64,000 nucleotides of DNA, taken from assembly GCA_018267545.1 (NCBI GenBank), contig JAFDYG010000465.1, forward strand, positions 15,556 through 79,555, in the 5' to 3' direction. This document shows, piece after piece, positions 37,246 to 46,653 of this stretch. Each line of letters begins with the position of its first letter. Within the stretch, counting starts at the first letter, position 1. The stretch comes from Bacteroidota bacterium. GTDB lineage: Bacteria > Bacteroidota > Bacteroidia > Chitinophagales > Chitinophagaceae. A program made the translations under genes and the position numbers. The notes below the pieces were generated by a model. The model did no database searches, had not been told where the DNA came from, and was given only the letters and a program-made list of their open reading frames with translations.

Positions 37246-38117
37246 ATACAGAAAGTCTTGAAATAGCCTTGTATGAGATAGCGGGCCAGGCCGGCGTATT
37301 CCTGGTCGGGGTCTTGGTAGTGGCGGAGGATTTCCATTTCTTTTTTAAGGATGCCTTCGAACCAAATGCTCTCAGCGGGGTCTTCAAAATGGGCATTTAA
37401 GTTGATGATGGCTTGTTCGACGCGTCTTAGCTGCGCCTTGATCTGGACGACCTTTGCGGCCCGGGCCTGCACCAAGCCGAGGCGTTGGAGGGCGTAGGTA
37501 TTAATCGACGTTTCGGCTTTGACTTTGTCGATGCCGTTTAACCCTTCACGTGCAAGGATTCGGCCGTCTTCATGGTATTGAAAGAAGTGCTCGATGTCCA
37601 AATCGGTGCAGGGTTGTATCAGTAGGCGTTGGTCCTCTTCCCGGGATAGCGCCGTTTTATAGGCAATCGAATCCTGGAAAAATAATGCGCCTTCATCCAA
37701 CGTCAGTTTATATGCCTCCGTCCGCAAGGGAAACTGTTCTAGTTTACCCTGTGTAATTTCACGTATTTCGTCTCCTACAATTTCATGTGTGTGCGTCTGG
37801 TTGCAAAATGGACAGGCAAACAACAGGTTATCCCAGTCCACTATCAACCAGGGATATTCACTCTTCGGGCGGAAGTGTTCGATGTCCCCGCTATAAATCG
37901 TCGTAATCCTGCTTTCACAATAAGCGCACTTCCCATAGAACATCTTCTTCAGGGTTTCGCGGACAGCCCTGTCGGAGTATACACTCTTGCGTTTAGGCTT
38001 TCCGGAAATCTTACCTAGCAATAGGATGACCTGCTCCGTCTCTTCCTGTCCTTTACTCGGAGGCGTCAACCCTGTCTGCAGGATGTCCGGACAATCAATT
38101 CGTTTAACGTTGATCAT
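37242..38117 (-). CDS. HNH endonuclease-like protein (TIGR02646/PtuB-like)
   Basis: The 291-aa ORF has GKCAYCES...GDIEHFRPKS...WDNLLFACPFCNQ, a complete Cys4 + His/Asn HNH-type motif. Its start overlaps the upstream ATPase gene by 14 nt. Confidence 0.7.
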   Translation of the reverse strand: MINVKRIDCPDILQTGLTPPSKGQEETEQVILLLGKISGKPKRKSVYSDRAVRETLKKMFYGKCAYCESRITTIYSGDIEHFRPKSEYPWLIVDWDNLLFACPFCNQTHTHEIVGDEIREITQGKLEQFPLRTEAYKLTLDEGALFFQDSIAYKTALSREEDQRLLIQPCTDLDIEHFFQYHEDGRILAREGLNGIDKVKAETSINTYALQRLGLVQARAAKVVQIKAQLRRVEQAIINLNAHFEDPAESIWFEGILKKEMEILRHYQDPDQEYAGLARYLIQGYFKTFCI

Positions 38118-40203
38118 CTCCGGTAATATTTAAGCGGTTCCACAATTCTTCTACACGCTGTACCACTTCATCCTTCAGCTCGGCCCTACTTAGGGGGCGG
38201 TCAGTGTATTGAAGTTTCTTTGCAAGCACGGTATCGATGACGTGGTACATAAGCTCTTCTCTGAGAGACGCACCCATTTGCTTCCGTTCCTGTAGCTCTG
38301 TCGTCAGCTTTTTGAGCATAATATCTTCCTTTGCATCCAGCTTGGTTCCTTTGCCAAGCAAGGCATAATAGGCATTGAACTTTGCTTCCAATTCAGGATC
38401 GATCAGGCTATTGAGACCAAAGAATTCGGACGCCAGCAATTGGTCGACCCGCATGGAGGCCGGGTCTGGAAGTTCTTTGACCGGGATGATTTCGCCTTTG
38501 AGACTCTTTAATAACAAAATCTCGTCTTGCTCGGCCCCTCTCAGGCACAGGGGATGATGGGTCGAGATAATGAAGTTCATATTGGGAAACACGGTCCTAA
38601 GCTGCTTGACGATTCGCATCTGCCAGCGGGGGTGCAATTGATTTCCCAACTCGTCGATCAGAACGATGCCGGTCATCTTGTCCATGTCGGCGTGGGCACT
38701 GGAAAGCTTCATCATGATGTCGACGGCAAGGATGATGGTGCTTTTGAAGCCGTCGCTGAGTTCGGAAAATTGTTTCTCCGACTCCTTGAACATAAGGCGA
38801 CCGTCTTTTACGGTCAGTTCATTATTCGAAAAGTCGTGGGGTAATAATTGTTTGATCGAATAGGCAATAGAGTCGAAGAAATCGCGCCTATACTTGTGGA
38901 TTTCCGCCAGCCATCGTGTAATGTCGTTTAAAGGCGTCAACGGGGCGAATAAATTGACGTAGCTAACCCGGTCTTTGTCCTGATCGTCGACAGGCTCGAC
39001 CTCCTCAGCCGAAAGCCGTAATGACCCATAGCCAATTAGGAAAGACTTGAAATCCCCCGTTTGATCGATCGTACCGTCTCTCTTTATAGTCGTCGTTATG
39101 ACATTTTCGTTGTTCCGCTCCTTAACCGTAATCCAGGCCTCTTCCTTGCCATTTTGAACCAAATTAGATTTTACGACCCGGGGATCCTTCTGGATCCCTA
39201 AGGCTAACGCCTGCAGAATACTGCTCTTACCCACCCCATTCTCTCCCAGCAGGAATAGCCAGGATTTTTTTTGAACGGCATTCTCCTTGAAGTCGATCTT
39301 CAGGTCGGCGATTCCTTTGAAATTTTGGATATGAACGTATTCTATCGGGAAGAAGTCGTTGGCGGCAAACTCAATCGGTGGTGTATCTTCGGATTGCTCC
39401 GGAGAACCACGCTCCGCCAAAGGGCGATCCGAGACCATCGTAATTTCAAGTATCGAAGCCAGATCGGATCTACGATGCATTTCTTTTAGCAACGCCCATC
39501 TTTTACAGGAGACAAATTCTACACCGACATCCTCATAGTATACCTTCCTCAAATAACCGACTATATTCTCGTGCTCAACCCTGCTATCCCTATCCATCAA
39601 TACTCCGACAATATATTCTATATCCTCGATTGCAGAAAGGCGTTTCTCTATATGAGAAATTCTATTCAGGCGTAGCAAACCGATCGTCTGTTCCCCTTTT
39701 AAGGTCAGGCCACGAATAGTTCCGTCGCTAGAATAGGAGAAGTGCTTATTGATATCCCTGCTGCAAGGATCGACCAATAGGGGGTTTTCTTCATGGAGGT
39801 CGCTATCCGGAGTCTTGGCCCGATTACCCAGGATAGGGAAATAGTTTGCTTTATACTCCAGGCATTCCTTGCAACAATAGATCATGTTATCCCACCTGAA
39901 CGCGAGCCACCAATAGAGGTCAGGGAAGTAATCGGCCTTGTCCCTAATTCCCGAATAAGGCCTGAATCTGTCTATGAAGCCGTCATTGGACGAACCGATG
40001 TATACTCCGCAGTAGCCGCAATTGTGCCCAAATACTTCCTGGATGGCGGGCTTCAGCTTCTCATCGATCTCAGCGTTGAAAGGGAAGTCGTACCGCATCT
40101 GCCCCCGGTCTGCGTACTCATAGAACTCGGTCATCTTCTCGATGGCTAGTGCTACCGTCTCGTCTTCAAAAAATCCGGGCTCGGGTCCCCTGTTAATGAT
40201 CAT
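38104..40203 (-). CDS. ABC/SMC-type AAA ATPase (PtuA-like) with an N-terminal degenerate HNH-like domain
   Basis: The N-terminal domain is NCGYCGV...GFIDRFRP...WDNMIYCCKEC, an HNH scaffold with Arg in place of the His. The ATPase has IQNFKGI...LFLLGENGVGKSSIL (Walker A), LSDGFKS (signature-like), IVLIDELGNQLHP (Walker B/D-loop) and ISTHHP (H-loop). Confidence 0.75.
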   Translation of the reverse strand: MIINRGPEPGFFEDETVALAIEKMTEFYEYADRGQMRYDFPFNAEIDEKLKPAIQEVFGHNCGYCGVYIGSSNDGFIDRFRPYSGIRDKADYFPDLYWWLAFRWDNMIYCCKECLEYKANYFPILGNRAKTPDSDLHEENPLLVDPCSRDINKHFSYSSDGTIRGLTLKGEQTIGLLRLNRISHIEKRLSAIEDIEYIVGVLMDRDSRVEHENIVGYLRKVYYEDVGVEFVSCKRWALLKEMHRRSDLASILEITMVSDRPLAERGSPEQSEDTPPIEFAANDFFPIEYVHIQNFKGIADLKIDFKENAVQKKSWLFLLGENGVGKSSILQALALGIQKDPRVVKSNLVQNGKEEAWITVKERNNENVITTTIKRDGTIDQTGDFKSFLIGYGSLRLSAEEVEPVDDQDKDRVSYVNLFAPLTPLNDITRWLAEIHKYRRDFFDSIAYSIKQLLPHDFSNNELTVKDGRLMFKESEKQFSELSDGFKSTIILAVDIMMKLSSAHADMDKMTGIVLIDELGNQLHPRWQMRIVKQLRTVFPNMNFIISTHHPLCLRGAEQDEILLLKSLKGEIIPVKELPDPASMRVDQLLASEFFGLNSLIDPELEAKFNAYYALLGKGTKLDAKEDIMLKKLTTELQERKQMGASLREELMYHVIDTVLAKKLQYTDRPLSRAELKDEVVQRVEELWNRLNITGDDQR

Positions 40204-41552
40204 TTCTGCACGGTTTTTTTAGCGAATTTCTCCAAAATCTTCGTTCCGGCCTGTGTCGACAAGGAGATCATCTTATTGACGACCGCGATGGGGATCAGCG
40301 CATTTTCATAGATATCGCAGCGTAGCCTTGCCACACTAAATAGGACTTCCTGCAGATTTTTGAGGTCCTTTAATTCCGGCACACTGTAGTAGGTGACCGG
40401 ATTATCCACGGGCAGGGTCAATACATAAATCCGTTCGTCCAGGGACTTATAGATTATCTTCCCCCCATAATAGGTAGATTCCCCATAACGCTGGGACTTG
40501 CTGTCTCCTACAAGGACATATCGGTAGATGTGGGCGTTGTTTAGCAAAAACACCTCCCCCGGCTTTATCTTATCCCGAATTTGTTTGGCGTGTTCGACAA
40601 AGGAGCCGCCGGCCTCTACGCCGACGAGGTTGATGCGGTTGTTAGTCTTGCTAAGGTAACTAAGAAGCTTCAGCATCGGCAGCTGCATGGGCGCAGTCTC
40701 CCCGCTAAAGCTTAGCGGTCCGTCCTTGACGAATAAAAACTGACTGACGAGTCCCTCTTCGATATCGATCAGTTGCCGGATAGCGTGGAGGATCAAAAAG
40801 GTTTCCACTACACCCCGCAGCATCGAGACGATCGCCTCAGCCCCCGTTTCGTTGTCTACCCGTTCGAAAAGCTTGAAGACGTCCGTCAAAAAGATTTCTT
40901 TACGGCACAGGTGGTGCGTACACGCCCAGGAATACTCGGGGCGCATTTTGTCTCGTTCGAGTGGGATGTCCCTGGTCCCGCATTGCGGACATTGCGAAAG
41001 CATATGCACGGGTTTGACCGCTGCTGGGTTATACGTCTCGAACAGGAACCAATAGACCGTCTCCAGCATCGGCGAATTCCAGGCGTGGTCCTTCCGGAAG
41101 AAGTCCTGTATGGCAGTCCGGACGACGGTCTTGAAATCCATGCCCCCGACCAGGGAAATATTCTTTGTAGGCAGGACCAGCTTCTCGCGCTTGATTTCCT
41201 TCAACTTCTTTATATCCTCAGGAGAAACAAAGGGCTTTTTCTCCATGTCCTGGAGGTCCTTTATCTCGATTACGATGGAACCAAACTGGAAAAAGGTCAG
41301 CAGCGAAGAAGGAAAGCCCTCATTTATGGGCAAGGTCGTATTCTCGCCATCCACCGCAATGATGTGCTCGATCGAATTGCCTTCCGGGTAGTCGACCGTG
41401 TATTTCAGGGCTGTGTTCAGCTCCACATTGCGCGTACTCGCCGGGATGGTGCAATTGTTCAAATAGGCCTGAACCTCTTCATCCCTGATAATATAGGAAT
41501 GAGAGGTGCGGCTTTCCCGCTCGAATTTTCCGTTTCGTGAATAGTCGGTCAT
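40200..41552 (-). CDS. NurA-like nuclease with an inserted Zn-ribbon
   Basis: The 450-aa ORF has IIAVDGENT (compare NurA motif I, xDGS) and LFVKDGPLSF (compare NurA DG[SP]L motif). A CPQC...CTHHLC insert lies between them, and LVGVEAGGSFVEH lies downstream. It is immediately downstream of a HerA-like ATPase, which is the canonical HerA-NurA pairing. Confidence 0.5.
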   Translation of the reverse strand: MTDYSRNGKFERESRTSHSYIIRDEEVQAYLNNCTIPASTRNVELNTALKYTVDYPEGNSIEHIIAVDGENTTLPINEGFPSSLLTFFQFGSIVIEIKDLQDMEKKPFVSPEDIKKLKEIKREKLVLPTKNISLVGGMDFKTVVRTAIQDFFRKDHAWNSPMLETVYWFLFETYNPAAVKPVHMLSQCPQCGTRDIPLERDKMRPEYSWACTHHLCRKEIFLTDVFKLFERVDNETGAEAIVSMLRGVVETFLILHAIRQLIDIEEGLVSQFLFVKDGPLSFSGETAPMQLPMLKLLSYLSKTNNRINLVGVEAGGSFVEHAKQIRDKIKPGEVFLLNNAHIYRYVLVGDSKSQRYGESTYYGGKIIYKSLDERIYVLTLPVDNPVTYYSVPELKDLKNLQEVLFSVARLRCDIYENALIPIAVVNKMISLSTQAGTKILEKFAKKTVQK

Positions 41553-41553
41553 A

Positions 41554-43482
41554 CTATTTGAATAATTTCACCTGAATGGGTACGACAAAAGGGTTAGAAT
41601 AAGTCTTCATCCGGACAAACCCTTTGTCGCTCGCCGCGCTAAACTTGACCAGTGAATCCGCGAAGTCGCTAAAGTCATAGAACTTCCGCAACTCCCTCAC
41701 CTCATCATCATTGTTCAGATGCGCGATAAACCAGTTTTGGGTATTTTTAAGAATATTCGAGCTGATGGAGCTCACCTCCTGCGTGGCATAGATCATCCCG
41801 AGGTTGAGCTTGGCACCTTCCTTGGCGATGCGGTTATAGATCTGATTTTGTTCCTTGTCTTCTTTCTTCGGAAACAGGTTATGCGCTTCCTCGAAGTAAA
41901 ATTGAATATAATTATTTGGATAGGCGTCGATAAAGTTCTTCATCGAACTGTTAAAGATGGCCCGACAGATTTTTTCCGAATAGAACTCCTGTATTTCCGG
42001 ATCACCCTGGGAAAGGTCGACGATAACGATTCTACCGTCCCGGACGAGGTTCCTGATTTCGTTCTCGAATGGAATATCCGTTGCAGGAGAATGATAGGGT
42101 ACCAGCGGCTTTAGCTTGATAAAGCTGCTGACGGAGTTCCTTTCGCCCGGACTCCGGTATTGGGTAAGGAACCGGAGCAGGGCCTTCATATCATTATCCG
42201 CCCATTCCCGGCCGTTATGTTTCGACTTATAATTGACTAAATAATCCCAGGTCTCATAGTTCTTCCAGACCTGGCTGAACCAGTCGATCGCCTGGTCATA
42301 GGTGACGGGAGTTTTCATCGTAGGGGTGACGTTGCCCTGATTCAACTCTTTTGCTCCCTGGAAGAGAAGGGTTGCGTCCTTCTGGGGAATTGCAAACCCC
42401 GCTTGTTTTAGACAACACTTATAGATGGCGAGTTTGCGATAGTAAGTCGTCATCTGGGCCTGGTCCGATTCGTCTTCTGGCTTTTCGAGGTTGATTCCCA
42501 TGAAGTCTTCGACGTAATCCGACTGTTTACCCAGGTTTTTAAAATGCTCGCGGATGAGGTCCAGCCCCGCGATGGGTTCGCCAAAGAAATTGACCTTCAT
42601 TACTTTGAACCCCTTTTTTTCCAGTACGCTGTAACGGGTAACCTTGTTTTTGTATTTCTCGTAGATCGCGATTTCGTCTTGCAGGTTCTTATTCGCATAC
42701 TCGCCGTTGATGTCGAAGATGATTTGGCCGACGGGTGAAGCCTTCGCAGCCAGCTTCTCTGTCGCCTCGATCAGCATCTTCACCGTATTGGACTTACCCG
42801 TACGCGTCATACCAAAGAGAGCTGTCCGTTTGCCAAGGATATCGGTGGTATTGATATAAACTTTTTCGTCCTTGCCGATGCTGTCTTCTTTGCGGCTGGA
42901 GCTATATCGGACGTGGCCGATCTGGAAATTGGGCACGGGGTTTTGCGAGTCGCTGGTTTCGCGAATATTGACGATGTATTGCAGATATTCTCCCGAGGGC
43001 TTATAAACCCTATAGAGGTGAGGTGAATAGAAGTTTTCGACGTCGGCCCCAAATTCGATTACCCCCTGTTTATTCTTATAAAAAGTCCCCAGGATGGAGC
43101 ACTCCAGACCAGAACAGCTAAATTCAAAGCGGGTGAATTGGTCCATTTGGCGATCTACACCCGCGGTCTTGAGCTGCTCCTTGAAGTATTCGATCCGGGA
43201 AGCGATGACATTGTTGTCGCTGGGAATGGCGCAGGGTTTGAGGGCTCGCAGGAGCAGACATTCATTGACGTCTTCGTCGCCGAAGTCGTTCTCGTAGAAG
43301 GCCAGAAGGAAGCAGCCCTGGGCAATACCCCCGACCTTGTGTTTCCAGTCGTCACAGGTGAGTACGCTCGTCTTGTCAAAGTCGATTTTAAAGGGATTCC
43401 CGACGAAGTTACCGGCCTGTTTGGCTACTTCGAAAATATCAGTCCGGGCGATGGTTTCGAGGGTTTTACTAACATCCTCCAT
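41554..43482 (-). CDS. HerA/FtsK-superfamily (DUF87-type) ATPase
   Basis: The 642-aa ORF has Walker A ALFGMTRTGKSNTVKMLI, the IFDINGEYA motif and Walker B IQFYFEEAHNLFP. Its N-terminal ~200 aa are barrel-like. Confidence 0.75.
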   Translation of the reverse strand: MEDVSKTLETIARTDIFEVAKQAGNFVGNPFKIDFDKTSVLTCDDWKHKVGGIAQGCFLLAFYENDFGDEDVNECLLLRALKPCAIPSDNNVIASRIEYFKEQLKTAGVDRQMDQFTRFEFSCSGLECSILGTFYKNKQGVIEFGADVENFYSPHLYRVYKPSGEYLQYIVNIRETSDSQNPVPNFQIGHVRYSSSRKEDSIGKDEKVYINTTDILGKRTALFGMTRTGKSNTVKMLIEATEKLAAKASPVGQIIFDINGEYANKNLQDEIAIYEKYKNKVTRYSVLEKKGFKVMKVNFFGEPIAGLDLIREHFKNLGKQSDYVEDFMGINLEKPEDESDQAQMTTYYRKLAIYKCCLKQAGFAIPQKDATLLFQGAKELNQGNVTPTMKTPVTYDQAIDWFSQVWKNYETWDYLVNYKSKHNGREWADNDMKALLRFLTQYRSPGERNSVSSFIKLKPLVPYHSPATDIPFENEIRNLVRDGRIVIVDLSQGDPEIQEFYSEKICRAIFNSSMKNFIDAYPNNYIQFYFEEAHNLFPKKEDKEQNQIYNRIAKEGAKLNLGMIYATQEVSSISSNILKNTQNWFIAHLNNDDEVRELRKFYDFSDFADSLVKFSAASDKGFVRMKTYSNPFVVPIQVKLFK

Positions 43483-43519
43483 GACAGCATTGGATTTGGT
43501 TCAAATAACTCAAAAAAGT

Positions 43520-43572
43520 GGATAAATATTATGATTTTTATCCAAACTCTTAATTTAATGGATTTTATCCAT
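43520..43572. promoter_or_regulatory. Candidate operator: repeated GGATAAA/TTTATCC half-sites upstream of the herA-like operon
   Basis: GGATAAA (43520..43526) and TTTATCC (43537..43543) form an inverted repeat. The palindrome atggat-ttt-atccat (43558..43572) contains TTTATCC again, 27 bp later. The region is 38-90 nt upstream of the ATG at 43482. Confidence 0.3.
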
Positions 43573-43796
43573 CGAATCACTGCGTTTATACCGCATAGAA
43601 AGGCGTCGAACCCAAAGCTTATTGCAAGGACCCTAAGGTCTAAATCGCAGCGACTCATCAGTGAATACACTTAGTAATGGAATCTGGGTAATTGCTTATT
43701 AAAATCCCGCGCGGCTATGGCAGAAACGGCCGAAAAATCGTAATTTCATTATGTCGGTTTAACCTGCTAAAATCCCTTTAAACTCTTCTAATAACG

Positions 43797-45200
43797 ATGA
43801 AGAAGCCTGCTTTTCTTACAGTAGACGATGCCATGTGTTTGACAGAAAAAGAAAACGCCAAACTCTTCTGTGATCATCTCAATCCCGCGCAATACCGTTT
43901 CCTCAAACTATTAGGTTTTCATGAAGTCCTGATCGACCACGCCGAGGGTATGTATTATTACGACCGTTCGGGCAACAAGATCATGGACCTCTTCGGGGGC
44001 TTTGGCGCCATTGCACTCGGGCACAACCATCCCCGCCTCCTAGCCGTCCGCAAGCGCTTCGAGGAGGAGAAACGGCACGAGATGGCCATGGCCTTTATTT
44101 CCCAGTACGCCTCCGCCCTGGCCCGCAACCTCTCCCTGGTAGCCCCCGAGGGTCTGGACATGGTGTTCCTGGGTAGCACCGGCTCCGAAGTTGTCGAGGC
44201 CGCGCTTAAGCTTGCCGAGAAGGTCCAGGGCCGCGCCCGCTCGACCACGATCTACGCCGAATCCTCGTTCCACGGCAAGTCCAGGGGCGCCCTTTCGGTC
44301 ACCGACTCGGCCTTCTACCAGTCCTCCTTCCAACTATTACACAATAACCTTCGGGTACCCTTCGGGGATGCCCAGGCCCTCGAGACCCTGTTCAAGTCCA
44401 ACCCGGAGATCGGCATTTTGATCCTGGAGACCGTCCAGGGCGGCGCAGGCATTATCCCAGCCCCGGCCGAGTACTGGCAGGCGGTACGCCAACTCTGTAC
44501 GAAGTACAAGGTGATCTGGATAGCCGACGAGGTCCAGTGCGGCATGGGTCGTACCGGCAAATTTTTCGCCTTCGAACACACTGGCGTAGCTCCGGATATC
44601 ATCGTAACGGCTAAGGCGCTCGGCGGCGGCAAATCCGCTATTGGAGCCATGATCGCTCGCAAAGACCTCTACATGACCGCCTATGGCACATCGGATACGG
44701 CCATGATCCACGGCCCTTCGACATTCTCGGGCATGGGCGAAGTCTGCTGCACCGCCATCGAGACCCTCCACGTCATGTACGACGAGGGATTGATCGACAA
44801 TAGCGCCGCAATGGGCGCCCTGATGCTAGATGAGCTAAAGAAGATCCAGGCCAAGCATCCTTCGCTGGTCAAGGAAGTCCGCGGTCAGGGGTTGATGATC
44901 GGTATCGAGTTCCACGACTTTAGCAATACGGTCCCGGGACTGCTAAAGGGGATTGTGTCGAGCTTCGACGAAAGGCTGAAGGGAAGCTTGTGTGGGTTCA
45001 TCGGAAGCATTTTATTGAGAGACTACCAGATTCTCGTCGCATTTACCGAATATAACCGCAATGTTATCCGCATCGAGCCCCCATTGATCATTACCCGCGA
45101 AGAAGTGCTGCGCTTCACCAGCGTACTCGACGAAATTCTTTCCCATGGGGTGTCGAGGATGGTGATGAACTATGCTAAGAATTTTCTGAAAGTTATATAA
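43797..45200 (+). CDS. Class-III pyridoxal-phosphate aminotransferase (ornithine/acetylornithine/GABA-AT family)
   Basis: The motifs GGFGAIALGHNHP, ADEVQCGMGRTGKFFA and TAKALGGG (PLP lysine) are present. Confidence 0.85.
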   Translation: MKKPAFLTVDDAMCLTEKENAKLFCDHLNPAQYRFLKLLGFHEVLIDHAEGMYYYDRSGNKIMDLFGGFGAIALGHNHPRLLAVRKRFEEEKRHEMAMAFISQYASALARNLSLVAPEGLDMVFLGSTGSEVVEAALKLAEKVQGRARSTTIYAESSFHGKSRGALSVTDSAFYQSSFQLLHNNLRVPFGDAQALETLFKSNPEIGILILETVQGGAGIIPAPAEYWQAVRQLCTKYKVIWIADEVQCGMGRTGKFFAFEHTGVAPDIIVTAKALGGGKSAIGAMIARKDLYMTAYGTSDTAMIHGPSTFSGMGEVCCTAIETLHVMYDEGLIDNSAAMGALMLDELKKIQAKHPSLVKEVRGQGLMIGIEFHDFSNTVPGLLKGIVSSFDERLKGSLCGFIGSILLRDYQILVAFTEYNRNVIRIEPPLIITREEVLRFTSVLDEILSHGVSRMVMNYAKNFLKVI

Positions 45201-45208
45201 GAAGACGG

Positions 45209-46633
45209 CTATTTGATCTTTATTCGATGCATATAACCGGCAACACCATTCGGCACATATTCATTTAAAAAGACGTTTGGAATACTGATGGTTTGATGGC
45301 CATTGTAGTGAAGCTGGATATCGAACCAGTGGTATGCGCTTATTCCACTTGAAAGGGGTACCGTAAAAAAGGCCGCCTTTTTAGGTTCTATCGTAGTATG
45401 ACCACTTATGGATTTCGTATAGTTATCTCCTGTCTTTTCCAGGCCAATCCTATATCGGGCATAGAACTCATCGTGTTCGGGCCCTCCTATAGCCGGAGGC
45501 GTCAAATCCTGGATGAAATTAAAATAAAAGCTGTCTCTTTCCATCTGTCCGTTCGCCATTTTACCAGAATAGGATATCAGTCCGACGATTCGGGCGATAC
45601 CCTTTTTAAATCGTCCTACAACAGCAGCATCGGCCGGAGGAAGAAAATAAATAACGGAGTCTTCTCTATCCTGAACCAGGTCAAGCTCGATCGACTCCAG
45701 CTTCTTTGTATTGAGGCCTTCCGCTTTAAAAAATGGCTCCAAAGACGGAAAATCTTCATTGGCATTGGCCGGTTCGACTTTTGGAATCGACAAATGGTGT
45801 TTAAAAGGCTTCGAGTAGGAAATCGAATCCCGGGCGGGCTGGATATTAAAGTCAAGCCGGACGTCAGTAGCCTTCCCCCAGCCTGAATTATAAAGAGGTA
45901 AGACAAAGTGATCACCTTCACCAAAGCTCATTTCCGGGAACTCATTTCTTCGGCTTTTCTTTATGTTTAGCGTGATGTCTTCGATTAGTATTACGTCGGA
46001 GGAATTATTGACGACCTTGAAAATAAGCGTCGGAACAGAAAAGACTTTATTGGTGGCATCCATATCAGTGGGTGGCGTCTCTTCTCCGGGTTCAAAAAAG
46101 CATTCACCGGTATCTACCGGTTCAGACCTATCCAGGGCATAATCCTCGCTGAAACCTCCTATTCTCCTGATAGTATCGATTCCTTTCGTAGCAACGGGCA
46201 AGATCTTATGTAGCCTAAATCCGCCCTGAAAGTCTTCATTCAAGAGTGTATAATTGAATTCCAGGCAATTTTTTCTCTGGACTGTAACACTTAGTGAGAC
46301 GTCACCCGCCGATTCCGAAATAGCATCCGAAATCTCTCCCTCGAAATCATGACTGTGCGGGGGGCGAAAGAAAAAAGCGTGGTGCTGAGAGAAAAGCTTC
46401 TGTTCGGAAAAGACCGAATCTCTGTGCAGCTCTTTTGGGTCTTCTCCCACGACTTCCGTAAACTTTTTTGGTGAAGAGCCGTTTTTAAAATGCCCGGCAC
46501 TTTCCCGCACTTTATCGGCAAAAACAATAGCGGAACCGATGCCGCCGGCAACAACCACGATCAGTACAGGCCACTTCTGGGATTTAATTTTTTCGAGCCA
46601 ATATTTATAGAAGTCTTTAACTTTTCTCGCCAT
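45209..46633 (-). CDS. Hypothetical N-terminally anchored protein (474 aa)
   Basis: It has a single N-terminal TM helix (WPVLIVVVAGGIGSAIVF), is AT-rich, and shows no recognisable motif. It lies 20 nt downstream of the PLD gene. Confidence 0.45.
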   Translation of the reverse strand: MARKVKDFYKYWLEKIKSQKWPVLIVVVAGGIGSAIVFADKVRESAGHFKNGSSPKKFTEVVGEDPKELHRDSVFSEQKLFSQHHAFFFRPPHSHDFEGEISDAISESAGDVSLSVTVQRKNCLEFNYTLLNEDFQGGFRLHKILPVATKGIDTIRRIGGFSEDYALDRSEPVDTGECFFEPGEETPPTDMDATNKVFSVPTLIFKVVNNSSDVILIEDITLNIKKSRRNEFPEMSFGEGDHFVLPLYNSGWGKATDVRLDFNIQPARDSISYSKPFKHHLSIPKVEPANANEDFPSLEPFFKAEGLNTKKLESIELDLVQDREDSVIYFLPPADAAVVGRFKKGIARIVGLISYSGKMANGQMERDSFYFNFIQDLTPPAIGGPEHDEFYARYRIGLEKTGDNYTKSISGHTTIEPKKAAFFTVPLSSGISAYHWFDIQLHYNGHQTISIPNVFLNEYVPNGVAGYMHRIKIK

Positions 46634-46653
46634 TTATTCTTTGGATTAAACAA

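Noticed and set aside
37242-40203. The ABC ATPase + HNH pair as a retron-associated Septu (Ec78-like) module.
   Set aside because: There is no reverse transcriptase ORF nearby and no msr/msd-like structured non-coding region. The genes are instead translationally coupled to herA/nurA-like genes.
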